A stretch of 64,000 nucleotides of DNA, taken from Fimbriimonadales bacterium. GTDB taxonomy: Bacteria > Armatimonadota > Fimbriimonadia > Fimbriimonadales > GBS-DC. The stretch is taken from positions 78,104 through 142,103 of the forward strand of contig JANXAW010000023.1 in NCBI GenBank assembly GCA_025061985.1, given 5' to 3'. A program made the translations under genes and the position numbers. Below, in pieces: positions 29,384-37,961 of this stretch; the first letter of the stretch is position 1; each line of letters starts with the position of its first letter. The notes beneath the pieces were generated by a model, which searched no databases, was not told the origin of the DNA, and saw only the letters and a list, made by a program, of their open reading frames with translations.

Positions 29384-30706
29384 ATGAAAATCGCAGTGGC
29401 AGGGGCGGGCTACGTAGGGCTGGTAACAGCCGTCGTGTTCGCGGATTTGGGCAACGAAGTGATTTGCGTGGATGTAGATCCCGCGAAGGTGGACGCCATC
29501 AACAAGGGCAAATCGCCCATTTATGAGCCAGGGGTAGACGAGCTGCTTCAGCGCAACCTGGAGGAAGGGCGGCTGTGCGCTACAACAGACTTGGTTTACG
29601 CCACGCGCGAGTCGGAAGTGATTTTCATATGCGTGGGCACGCCCCCTACCGAAACGGGCGAGCCTGACCTAAGGCATGTAGATGAGGTTGCGGCGACCAT
29701 CGGGCGCGCCTTGAACGGCTACAAGATTATCGTGAATAAGTCCACGGTGCCCGTGGGCACGGGCGATCGCGTGCGACGCATCATTGAGCAGCACCGTGTG
29801 GAGCCACACGAGTTCGATGTGGTGTCTAATCCCGAGTTCCTGCGCGAGGGTTCGGCGGTGCACGATACGCTCAACCCTGATCGCATCGTGATTGGCGCTG
29901 ACAACCCGCGGGCGGCGATGAAGATCGTAGAGCTGTACGCGCCGTTAGAGCGCCCGATGCTAATCACGAATCTTGCCACTGCTGAAATCATCAAGTATGC
30001 CTCTAACACTTTTCTTGCGCTCAAGATTTCGTTCATCAACGCGATTGCAGACTTGTGCGAGCGTGTAGGGGCGGATGTGGTGCAGGTAGCGAAGGCAATG
30101 GGCTATGACCAGCGGATTGGGCATGCCTTTTTGCAGGCAGGGCTGGGGTTTGGTGGCTCGTGCTTTCCGAAGGATGTGCAGGCGTTCGCGCACACTATGC
30201 AGCGCTACGGCTTGGATCCTTCGCTGTTCCAGCAGATTCTGGCAATCAACGAGGCGCGCCCTGCGCAGTTTGTAGCGCGGATTCGCGAGCGGCTGGGGGA
30301 TCTGCAGGGGAAGGTGGTGGGCATATTGGGGCTGTCGTTCAAGCCCAATACCGATGACATCCGCGAGGCGCGCTCGCTGGAAGTGATTCGTTTGCTGTTG
30401 CAGGCGGGGGCGACTGTGAAGGCGTACGATCCCGTCGCGATGCCGCGCGTGCGCGCGATTTACCCCGAAGTGATCTACTGCCGAAACGCTTATGAGGTTG
30501 CCGAAGGTGCGGATGCGCTGGCGCTGGTTACTGAGTGGAACGAATTTCGCCAACTCAACTTTGAGCGCATTCGCGACCTGATGCGCCAGCCGAACCTCTT
30601 TGATGGGCGCAACCTGTATGACCCGCAGCGGATGCGCAAACTGGGGTTTTACTACTATGGCGTAGGGCGCAGTGCCGACAGCAACGAGTTCCGAGGTGTG
30701 CTATAA
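29384..30706 (+). CDS. ugd: UDP-glucose 6-dehydrogenase
   Basis: MKIAVAGAGYVGLVTA..., the catalytic GGSCFPKD block, and a C-terminal UDP-binding domain. Confidence 0.9.
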   Translation: MKIAVAGAGYVGLVTAVVFADLGNEVICVDVDPAKVDAINKGKSPIYEPGVDELLQRNLEEGRLCATTDLVYATRESEVIFICVGTPPTETGEPDLRHVDEVAATIGRALNGYKIIVNKSTVPVGTGDRVRRIIEQHRVEPHEFDVVSNPEFLREGSAVHDTLNPDRIVIGADNPRAAMKIVELYAPLERPMLITNLATAEIIKYASNTFLALKISFINAIADLCERVGADVVQVAKAMGYDQRIGHAFLQAGLGFGGSCFPKDVQAFAHTMQRYGLDPSLFQQILAINEARPAQFVARIRERLGDLQGKVVGILGLSFKPNTDDIREARSLEVIRLLLQAGATVKAYDPVAMPRVRAIYPEVIYCRNAYEVAEGADALALVTEWNEFRQLNFERIRDLMRQPNLFDGRNLYDPQRMRKLGFYYYGVGRSADSNEFRGVL

Positions 30707-30707
30707 T
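30702..30707 (+). promoter_or_regulatory. -10 box TATAAT overlapping the ugd stop, 9 nt upstream of ATG 30717
   Basis: GTG-CTA-TAA-TCGGTTTGCC-ATG. Confidence 0.4.
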
Positions 30708-30716
30708 CGGTTTGCC

Positions 30717-32345
30717 ATGGCACGCAAGCGAGTGGCTCTGATTGTGCCCCATAACGACCGCAATAGCTCAGCATATCATCGCAATCTGCGATTGGCGCGC
30801 TTTTGGCGCAACGCCTTGCGCCTGTGGGGGGTAGAGGCGGGGATTATTGTTGCTGGGGATGTCTCCAAGAGCCAGTTTCAACAAAACTACGACTTCGGGA
30901 TCGTGCCCACGATGGAGGGGATTACCAGCAATGTCGTAATCAACACTTGGCTGGATTACGCCCCTGGCGACAAACCCCTTTACCTTTGTGGCTACCACAT
31001 CCCTCAGGGCACGGCGGGCACACCAGCCACGGGCGTGTTGGGGCTAGCTCCTATTGAGAACGGAACTACCGACATCAAGCGTGTTGGGCGGCGGGCGCTG
31101 TGGCGGTCAGGAGCAGCGGTTTACGTGGCAAGCTACGCCGCTCGGATTGGAAATGTGTATCACGGCTTGCGCGTAGACCCCACTCATCCCCAGCTGCAGG
31201 TGCTCCTGCGCCCCGACCCCGACTTGCATCCTGCAGATCAGCACGTGTACATCGCACGCTGGCACAATCGCTATTTCCTTCCCACCACTACCGATGGCTT
31301 CAACAGCTCTTCGTGGGTTGTGCCATGGATTATGGTGAACGAAGATGCCGAGCCCGAATGGGGTCGCCCGTGGAGCGCGGACATTGACCATATCGTTAGC
31401 GCGTCTGGGTCGATCATGGACTTCAACTACTATCTGCAAACCTTTTTGTGGTTATACACTTTCTGCCAACAAACGGGGTTAGTGGTTCATTGTGGGGCAA
31501 CGACGAGCGCCCTAAGCAACATCCGACCTGCGAACAACTACCTCCACCGCAATGCGCGCAACGCTAATCCCCAACTGCAGCAGATACATCAAATCTTAGT
31601 TGCTGAGCAACACCGCTATTTCCCAGTGTGCTTGCACGACCACTTCTGGACTGTAGAAGACACGCGCGGAAGTGGAAATGTCACGACTTTTTCCAACCCC
31701 TACGGCACTTTTTGTGAGCTAAGCTCGCCTGCAGCGTTTCGCGCGCACTGGAAGGGCAGCATGGACGAGATGCGTCAGATGGGCTTTACGGATTGCCATT
31801 GCAGTCATTACCGATATGCGAACTTCGCTAACAATCAGTTATCTGACCGCTATTTGCGCTTTTTGCGTGATGAAACGCCCTTACGCGCTGTGCGCATCTG
31901 GTCGGGTAGCTGCGTTGTTTCGCCCCATACGCGCATGATGGCGCCCGCCCCCTTTACGCGCAACCCGTTCGAGCGGCGCTACGGGATTGAGATTGTGAAC
32001 TCCTATGACGCCCTATGGATCAACCAGCCAACGTGGCAGTACCGTATGAATCGCCTGAACATCGCCGTGCTCGATGGCTATGGAAATGCTTCGGAGAATG
32101 TGGAGGTGCTATGGGCGCGGGTGATGGGGCATCGGTTTGGCACGATTATGTGGGATCGGTGGCTGCGCGAAGGCGCGTTGCACTACCACCACCAAGTGGA
32201 GATGGCGACAGAGTACCCCAGCCCTGCGATGTATGTGTATGAGCAAATGCGCACGTGGCGCCAGCTGCTGAGTGGGTGGGTGTTCTTGGGAAGCATTACG
32301 GATGTCGTGAACTGGCGCAATCGTGCGCGCAGTGCACTGGGCTAA
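30717..32345 (+). CDS. Hypothetical cytoplasmic protein (543 aa, rich in W/H/Y/C), family not recognised
   Basis: Uninterrupted ORF. ATG 30717 lies 9 nt after a TATAAT that overlaps the ugd stop. No signal peptide or TM helix. I recognise no motif. Confidence 0.55.
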   Translation: MARKRVALIVPHNDRNSSAYHRNLRLARFWRNALRLWGVEAGIIVAGDVSKSQFQQNYDFGIVPTMEGITSNVVINTWLDYAPGDKPLYLCGYHIPQGTAGTPATGVLGLAPIENGTTDIKRVGRRALWRSGAAVYVASYAARIGNVYHGLRVDPTHPQLQVLLRPDPDLHPADQHVYIARWHNRYFLPTTTDGFNSSSWVVPWIMVNEDAEPEWGRPWSADIDHIVSASGSIMDFNYYLQTFLWLYTFCQQTGLVVHCGATTSALSNIRPANNYLHRNARNANPQLQQIHQILVAEQHRYFPVCLHDHFWTVEDTRGSGNVTTFSNPYGTFCELSSPAAFRAHWKGSMDEMRQMGFTDCHCSHYRYANFANNQLSDRYLRFLRDETPLRAVRIWSGSCVVSPHTRMMAPAPFTRNPFERRYGIEIVNSYDALWINQPTWQYRMNRLNIAVLDGYGNASENVEVLWARVMGHRFGTIMWDRWLREGALHYHHQVEMATEYPSPAMYVYEQMRTWRQLLSGWVFLGSITDVVNWRNRARSALG

Positions 32346-32381
32346 GCGGTCACGCGCTGCTGGGTATCCTAATAAAAGCGC

Positions 32382-33245
32382 ATGGGCGCGCAGATGGCGT
32401 TACCCGAGGGATTGTCCAAAACAGCACCAGGCGCACGGCTCCTCTACCGGAGCGAGCACGCGCTGGTCTTCGAGCGACGGTTCTACTCTGATGACCCGTT
32501 AGCAACGCCTGAGTTTGAAAGCGCGTCGGATTGGGTGGAGTTCGTACTTAGTTTGCGTCCGCCTGACCCTGAGCACCTTACTTGTCCGCGCACGCTCCGT
32601 AGTGATGTTCGCTATCTGCATCACCATCTGGTGGTGCGCTTTGCGCCAAGTTTCCTGAGAACGCTGCTAAAGCCTGAGGTTGAGCGAGTATTGCCTGAAC
32701 TGCAACCGTTTGTGCGGGAGAAGGCGCCGCAGGCCCGTCCCATCTACCTGTTGGTGAACAACCCCTTGCTTCAAGGTGTAGTAGAGGCGTTGCGTACGCC
32801 TCCGCCAGTAGGAAGCTTGCGCCTTTACTATGAGGGCAAGCTGCGTGAACTGGTGGCGTTTTTATGCTTTGCTGAGCCAGAAGTTGTTGCCACGCAGGAA
32901 GGAGAGCGGCTGCGGGCTGCCTTGGAGTACCTACAAAGCCACCTCAGCGACACCGACGTGCTACAAAAGGTATCCGAGCGGCTATGTGTTAGCCCGCGCC
33001 AGTGTCAACGACTCTTTCGGGTGGTGCTGGGATGTTCACCCTCGGAGTATCTTACTGAGTTACGGATGCGTCGGGCAGCGACTCTGCTGGTTAGCACCAA
33101 TATGAGCGTGTCCGAGATCGCGCTGGAGGTGGGGTATCTGAGCCTAAGCCATTTTTCGCGCGTGTTTCGCGAGCGGTTTGGCAAAACGCCGCGCGCTTTC
33201 CGCCGAAACCCCACGTTGAACATAGAAGAGCTGCAGGTCAAATAG
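32382..33245 (+). CDS. AraC family transcriptional regulator
   Basis: C-terminal double HTH: ...LSDTDVLQKVSERLCVSPRQCQRLFR...SPSEYLTELRMRRAATLL..TNMSVSEIALEVGYLSLSHFSRVFRERFGKTPRAFR. Confidence 0.8.
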   Translation: MGAQMALPEGLSKTAPGARLLYRSEHALVFERRFYSDDPLATPEFESASDWVEFVLSLRPPDPEHLTCPRTLRSDVRYLHHHLVVRFAPSFLRTLLKPEVERVLPELQPFVREKAPQARPIYLLVNNPLLQGVVEALRTPPPVGSLRLYYEGKLRELVAFLCFAEPEVVATQEGERLRAALEYLQSHLSDTDVLQKVSERLCVSPRQCQRLFRVVLGCSPSEYLTELRMRRAATLLVSTNMSVSEIALEVGYLSLSHFSRVFRERFGKTPRAFRRNPTLNIEELQVK

Positions 33246-33248
33246 CAT

Positions 33249-33283
33249 AAAAGTGGGACAGCCACGCTTGTGAGCTGCCCCAC
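33249..33283 (-). terminator. Intrinsic terminator downstream of hmgA-like gene
   Basis: The minus-strand hairpin GTGGGGCAGC...GCTGTCCCAC has one mismatch and is followed by TTTTATGC. Confidence 0.5.
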
Positions 33284-33310
33284 CCTGTAGTGAGTTCAGC
33301 GTTCAACTGG

Positions 33311-34510
33311 CTATGCGTTGGTGGTTTTGCTGGAGGTGTCGGGTTGAAGAGGTGCGCCTAGCCACGAGAAAGGATACTCTGGGTCTTCAAACTCCAGCGC
33401 GGCTTTAGTCACCTGCAAGGGGCGGAAGGTGTCCATCATCACTGCCAACTCTTCTGTGTAGGTCTTGCCCAAGCTGGCTTCCACGACACCTGGTTGCGGT
33501 CCGTGAGGAATGCCCGCAGGGTGCAGGGTGATGGAGCCAACGTCGATCCCACGCCGACTGCTGAACTTCTTGTTCACGTAGTACAGCACCTCGTCGCTGT
33601 CGAGGTTGCTGTGGTTGTAAGGCACGGGGATTGCCTGCGGATGGTAGTCCAGCATGCGCGGGCAGAAGGAGCAGACGACAAAGCCAGGGCCCTCGAAAGT
33701 CTGGTGCACAGGTGGTGGCAGATGGATGCGCCCTGTGATGGGTTCAAAGTCGTTGATGTTGAACGCCCACGGATACACGTAGCCATCCCAGCCAACCACG
33801 TCGAAGGGGTGATGCTCGTAGTGATACGAGTAGATGCGTCCGCGCTTGTGGATGCGTACCTCAAAATCACCAGTCTCGGTATGGGTCTCTAACTCTTCTG
33901 GCACGCGGATGTCGCGCTCGCAGAAGGGCGAATGTTCCAGCAGCTGCCCGTACTCGTTGCGGTAGCGCTTGGGGGTTTCGATTTGCCCGCCGATTGCCTC
34001 AATCCACACCAGCTTCGCAGGCAGCTGGTCAAACACCAAGCGCCAGATGGTGCCGTGTGGGATCACCAGGTAGTCGCCCTCGCGGAAGCGCAGGTGCCCA
34101 AACTGCGACTCCAGCTTCCCGCTGCCTTCGTGCACGAAGATGAGGTCGTCGCCGTCAGCATTTTTGTAGAAGTAGGTCATCTGTTCCGCAGGGCGCGCCA
34201 CGGAAAAGATGACATTCTCATTGAACATCAGTTCCACGCGCCCAGTTACAGCGTCGCCTGCAGGGGGCATGTTGCCCGTGCGGAAGTGGCGATGTTGCAA
34301 AACTGGCTCCTCAATCGGTTCGATTTTGCGCTCGTAGCAGGTGTAGAACTCCTTGACGCGCGTCGGGGGATAGTAGTGGTACAAAATGGACTGGGTGCCC
34401 GAAAACCCGTGGGTGCCTAAGACCTCTTCCGCGTATAGCCCTCCATCGGGGCGGCGAAACTGAATGTGCCGTTTAGGGGGCACTTGCCCCATCCGTACAT
34501 ACCACGGCAT
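33311..34510 (-). CDS. hmgA: Homogentisate 1,2-dioxygenase-like cupin dioxygenase
   Basis: 399 aa. The HGD-like N-terminus is MPWYVRMGQVPPKRHIQFR..GLYAEEVLGTHGFSG..SILYH. The C-terminal block is ITLHPAGIPHGPQPG. Confidence 0.7.
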   Translation of the reverse strand: MPWYVRMGQVPPKRHIQFRRPDGGLYAEEVLGTHGFSGTQSILYHYYPPTRVKEFYTCYERKIEPIEEPVLQHRHFRTGNMPPAGDAVTGRVELMFNENVIFSVARPAEQMTYFYKNADGDDLIFVHEGSGKLESQFGHLRFREGDYLVIPHGTIWRLVFDQLPAKLVWIEAIGGQIETPKRYRNEYGQLLEHSPFCERDIRVPEELETHTETGDFEVRIHKRGRIYSYHYEHHPFDVVGWDGYVYPWAFNINDFEPITGRIHLPPPVHQTFEGPGFVVCSFCPRMLDYHPQAIPVPYNHSNLDSDEVLYYVNKKFSSRRGIDVGSITLHPAGIPHGPQPGVVEASLGKTYTEELAVMMDTFRPLQVTKAALEFEDPEYPFSWLGAPLQPDTSSKTTNA

Positions 34511-34572
34511 CGTGGGTTACCTCCTTCTCCTTGCGAGATGCAAAATTATAGCATGCTGAGACGCCTTGCGGG

Positions 34573-35046
34573 CTAGTAGTAGTTTGTGTCGCCGTAAAGG
34601 AGTTGAATGTAGGCGATTTGCCCTAGGTGATAGGTGAGGTTCCAGAAGTGCCCAAGCGCGAGTTCTTTGAGGGAGTAGGGTTCACCCCATGGGGTGGCGA
34701 CCGTTTGTTCTAAAAGCTCGGCGGGCAGCTCCTGCACAGCTTTTAGGAACTGCTCGGTGTTTGTGCGGAGCGCGTGCTCTAGGGCGTCGAGCGTAGTGAG
34801 TTGGGCAGCTTGGGCTTGGATGGCGTTGAACGGCTGCATATCCCTAATCTCGCCTTGGGGGCGAGTTCTTAGCAGCAGCTCTAAGGTAAGCGGGGTTGAA
34901 GCGCACTCTTGGAGGATTTCGATAACGGAACGCGCGTGTTCGGCGGGGCGCCAGTGGAGTTTGTCGGGAGGAACGGCGCGCGCATAGCGCATAATCTCGT
35001 CTACGGCATCGCGCGTAAGTTCTGCAACTAGCTCGGGGAACGACAT
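34573..35046 (-). CDS. DinB family four-helix-bundle protein
   Basis: 157 aa with a DinB/YfiT-like helix pattern (W.PAEHARSV..IL.H......L.....; C-terminal H..YHLGQI). Confidence 0.65.
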   Translation of the reverse strand: MSFPELVAELTRDAVDEIMRYARAVPPDKLHWRPAEHARSVIEILQECASTPLTLELLLRTRPQGEIRDMQPFNAIQAQAAQLTTLDALEHALRTNTEQFLKAVQELPAELLEQTVATPWGEPYSLKELALGHFWNLTYHLGQIAYIQLLYGDTNYY

Positions 35047-35056
35047 CGCCCGCCTC

Positions 35057-35716
35057 CTACTCGAAGATTTTCAAGCCAGCTTTGTGCCAATCGTCCAGGA
35101 ATCGTTGCAGTCCGATGTCTGTGAGGGGGTGTTGGAAGAGCTGTTCCATCACTTTGAAGGGCATTGTGGCGATGTGCGCCCCTAGGCGCATAGCCTCCAC
35201 CACGTGCATCGGGTGGCGAATGCTGGCAACTAGTACCTCGCTGGTGAAGCCGTAGTTTTGGACCATTCGCACGGCGTCTTCGATCGTGCGCATCCCTTCG
35301 CTGGAGACATCGTCTACGCGCCCCACGAATACGCTGATGTAGGTGGCGCCTGCTTTGGCAGCCAGCAGCGCCTGAGTGGGGCTGAACACGAGGGTCATAT
35401 TCACGCGGATACCTTCGCGAGTCAGTTGGCGGGTGGCTGCTACGCCTGCGGGGGTCATCGGGATTTTGACCACGATGTTCGGCGCCCACGAAGCGATTTC
35501 GCGCGCCTCGCGTAGGATTTCGTCTACACTTGTGCCTACTACCTCTGCGCTGACTGTGCCGTGGGGAACCAGCGAGCAGATTTCCAGCACTGTTTCCTTG
35601 AAGCCACGCCCCGCTTGGGCGATGAGGGAGGGATTGGTAGTCACGCCGTCTACGATGCCCCACTCGACAGCGCGGCGCACTTCCTCAACCTTGCCTGTGT
35701 CCAAGAAGAGTTTCAT
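35057..35716 (-). CDS. tal: Transaldolase / fructose-6-phosphate aldolase (class 3B)
   Basis: MKLFLDTGKVEEVRRAVEWGIVDGVTTNPSL, Schiff-base lysine context VVKIPMT. ATG 35716 follows an AGGAGA site. Confidence 0.9.
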   Translation of the reverse strand: MKLFLDTGKVEEVRRAVEWGIVDGVTTNPSLIAQAGRGFKETVLEICSLVPHGTVSAEVVGTSVDEILREAREIASWAPNIVVKIPMTPAGVAATRQLTREGIRVNMTLVFSPTQALLAAKAGATYISVFVGRVDDVSSEGMRTIEDAVRMVQNYGFTSEVLVASIRHPMHVVEAMRLGAHIATMPFKVMEQLFQHPLTDIGLQRFLDDWHKAGLKIFE

Positions 35717-35740
35717 CGGGGGTCTCCTAGAAAAGAAGCT

Positions 35741-35814
35741 TGGCTGCCGGGGGTGGATTCGAACCACCACTACCAGATCCAGAGTCTGGCGTCCTGCCAT
35801 TAGACGACCCGGCA
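35741..35814 (-). tRNA. tRNA-Gln (anticodon CUG), CCA-encoded
   Basis: I folded the cloverleaf by hand. Acceptor TGCCGGG/CCCGGCA, D stem GTCT/GGAC, anticodon stem CCAGA/TCTGG with loop CTCTGGA, T arm GGTGG-TTCGAAT-CCACC, discriminator G, then CCA. It has the U1:A72 pair typical of bacterial tRNA-Gln. Confidence 0.9.
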
Positions 35815-35824
35815 GCGCATAGGG

Positions 35825-35830
35825 ATTATA
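35825..35830 (-). promoter_or_regulatory. -10 box TATAAT 10 nt upstream of the tRNA-Gln 5' end
   Basis: The minus strand reads GGGTATAAT-CCCTATGCGC-TGCCGGG. Confidence 0.45.
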
Positions 35831-35890
35831 CCCTACTTCGCAGCAGGGAATTCAAGGTGTTGTGCTATGCAGTGAAACCGTTACGTTCGC

Positions 35891-37288
35891 TTAGGTGCTC
35901 TGCGCCCTCGCTTGGGCGTGTTGCACACGCTCGGCATAGGTATACGGCGTTTCCAAGTACCGACGCGCACGGGCGTGATAACGCCGCGCCTCATCGTCGT
36001 AGTCAGGAAACTCCAATGCTTTGCGGTAGCACTCCGAGGCGCGTTCCCGCTTGCTCAGTAGGTCGCAAACGAAGCCGTGCTGCAGCCACGCCTCTCCTCG
36101 CAGGGCTGTCTGCTCCTGTTCAGGGGCTGTGGCGGCTTGTTCCATCCACGCCAGGGCTTGCTCTAAGTCGCCCTGCCAGAAGGCGTAGTGCGCCAGCCCG
36201 TAGTATCCTAACCAGAACTCAGGGCGGTCAGCGACCATCGCTTCTGCTAGCAAGCGAACGCGCGAAATGCTGTCGCCACCGCGGATTGCCCACACCAGCG
36301 CGTCGCGCAACGCGCTTCCCAGAGCTTCGCGGCGCGTTGTACTAGGCAGTTGTGTGTGCAAATAATCGCGCCAAATCAGTTCGGCTTGCCCAAGGCTCAT
36401 CCCAAACTCTGCCTGAAATGCCTCGTCCGCCAACTGGTCTGCCAAGCGATGGTAAAACCGCCTGACTGCGGGCATTCCAAATCGCTCAATCAAAAACCGC
36501 ATAAAGCTACCCGCCCACGCATAGTTAGCGTATTGCCACTCGCGGTTGTAGAACTGCTGGCGGTTCAGCAATGCCCCCAACGGGCAGTTAGGGAAGTAAT
36601 GCATAAAGTAGAGCGCCTGCTCGTGTAGACGTTGCGGTATGTCGTGAAACTCAGTAGCTTCGGCGATTCCCACTTCGAAAAGTGGGGGTGCGTTACGGCG
36701 CCACTGTGTTACGATGAGATGGGCGAACTCGTGTGCTATTGTGCGGTAAGCTCGCTCAAGGTCGCCTGTATACACCACCTCGACGATATTTGGCAACGAG
36801 TGAGCGCGCCCGCCGTAGCTCGGCGCACTTTGGTAGATTTGCCGATACACGGCATCTGGGGTGACGAACACCCAAACGCGAGTGCGATTGACAAGGGGCG
36901 TTTGCAAGAACTGCTCCGCGTCGTGGAGAGCGCGCTGCGCTGCTTGCATCAGCACATCTGCTTGTGCCTCAAGGCTCTCGTCATAGCTGAGTACAACCCT
37001 GTCGCTTTCGCGGTAGCGTTTGTGCGCAGCAAAGCGGTAGGCGCGCACTGCAATGGGGGCGACCTGAACGCCCAACCACGCACCCCAAATGGCTAACAAC
37101 GCTGCTGCTAACCAGAACATGGCTTCGCGTACTGCTATGGGCAAGGTGCGCTTAGCTACAAACCAAAGCACAAACCCTGCAAGCACTCCCAGCAACACGC
37201 TGTAAGCGGTTCGTGACTGCTTGACGCGCTGCCACAGGGCGCGAATGCTGTACCGTGTTGCATGCCATGCTCGCAACAGGTCCTCCAA
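35891..37288 (-). CDS. Membrane-anchored HExxH metallopeptidase-like protein with C-terminal TPR repeats
   Basis: HEFAH zinc motif (TIAHEFAHLIV), two N-terminal TM helices, and TPR-like C-terminus. The start is uncertain. TTG 37288 follows a G-rich SD-like site. The longest ORF (to 37408) would overlap the upstream gene by 95 nt. Confidence 0.5.
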   Translation of the reverse strand: MEDLLRAWHATRYSIRALWQRVKQSRTAYSVLLGVLAGFVLWFVAKRTLPIAVREAMFWLAAALLAIWGAWLGVQVAPIAVRAYRFAAHKRYRESDRVVLSYDESLEAQADVLMQAAQRALHDAEQFLQTPLVNRTRVWVFVTPDAVYRQIYQSAPSYGGRAHSLPNIVEVVYTGDLERAYRTIAHEFAHLIVTQWRRNAPPLFEVGIAEATEFHDIPQRLHEQALYFMHYFPNCPLGALLNRQQFYNREWQYANYAWAGSFMRFLIERFGMPAVRRFYHRLADQLADEAFQAEFGMSLGQAELIWRDYLHTQLPSTTRREALGSALRDALVWAIRGGDSISRVRLLAEAMVADRPEFWLGYYGLAHYAFWQGDLEQALAWMEQAATAPEQEQTALRGEAWLQHGFVCDLLSKRERASECYRKALEFPDYDDEARRYHARARRYLETPYTYAERVQHAQARAQST

Positions 37289-37313
37289 CGCGATCCACCC
37301 CCCCGAAGTATGG

Positions 37314-37943
37314 CTATCCGCGTGTTGGTCGTTCCATCCAAAACATCGCTTCGGGAGTGGCGCGCACGTACCACGATTCGCCCATCCTGCCAATAAAGTC
37401 AGCGGCAAGGTTATCCACTACCCCCTCAGGTTTGAGCAAGTGTTCAGCGATGTGAAAGCAGATAACCTCGCCGATGATGTAGTTGGCTGCTGTTGGCCCT
37501 GTGCCGTGCGGAACAATCTGGAACAGTTTGCATTCCATCGCAATGGGGCTTTCGGCAACGCGCGGGGGTTTGACATATAGCGAGGGCGCGCGGGTTAGCC
37601 CTACCTGCTCAAACTCGCACACGCCATACTCGTACTCAAACGAGGTTTGGTTCATCTTTTCTGCGAGCCAGTACGGGGCAATGTTGATCACGAACTCGCC
37701 CGTGGCTTGGATATTGCGCAGGGTGTCTTTGGGGCTACCGTCGCGAGCGTTTGTGCACGAAAACACCACGGACACAGGGTTAGACCCGCCTGCAGTGAAG
37801 TAGCTATAGGGCGCAAGGTTGGTGCAGCCATCAGGTGTGCAGGTGCTCACCCAAGCAATAGGACGCGGCGCCACACAGCTGATTAGTAAAGCGTGTGCCT
37901 CGCGTGGCGGTAACTCCGCCGGGTGAATGACGCGGATGTTCAT
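37314..37943 (-). CDS. Flavin reductase family protein (FMN-binding split barrel)
   Basis: ...APRPIAWVSTCTPDGCTNLAPYSYFTAGGSNPVSVVFS.... ATG 37943 was chosen; TTG 37949 is an alternative. Confidence 0.8.
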   Translation of the reverse strand: MNIRVIHPAELPPREAHALLISCVAPRPIAWVSTCTPDGCTNLAPYSYFTAGGSNPVSVVFSCTNARDGSPKDTLRNIQATGEFVINIAPYWLAEKMNQTSFEYEYGVCEFEQVGLTRAPSLYVKPPRVAESPIAMECKLFQIVPHGTGPTAANYIIGEVICFHIAEHLLKPEGVVDNLAADFIGRMGESWYVRATPEAMFWMERPTRG

Positions 37944-37961
37944 CGGCAACAGTATGATACC

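Noticed and set aside
35028-35822. Alternative ORFs overlapping the transaldolase gene and the tRNA (35028-35663 minus, 35376-35822 plus, 35740-36345 plus)
   Set aside because: They are Arg/Pro/Ser-rich translations with no motifs. They overlap a clear transaldolase frame and run through the tRNA-Gln gene.
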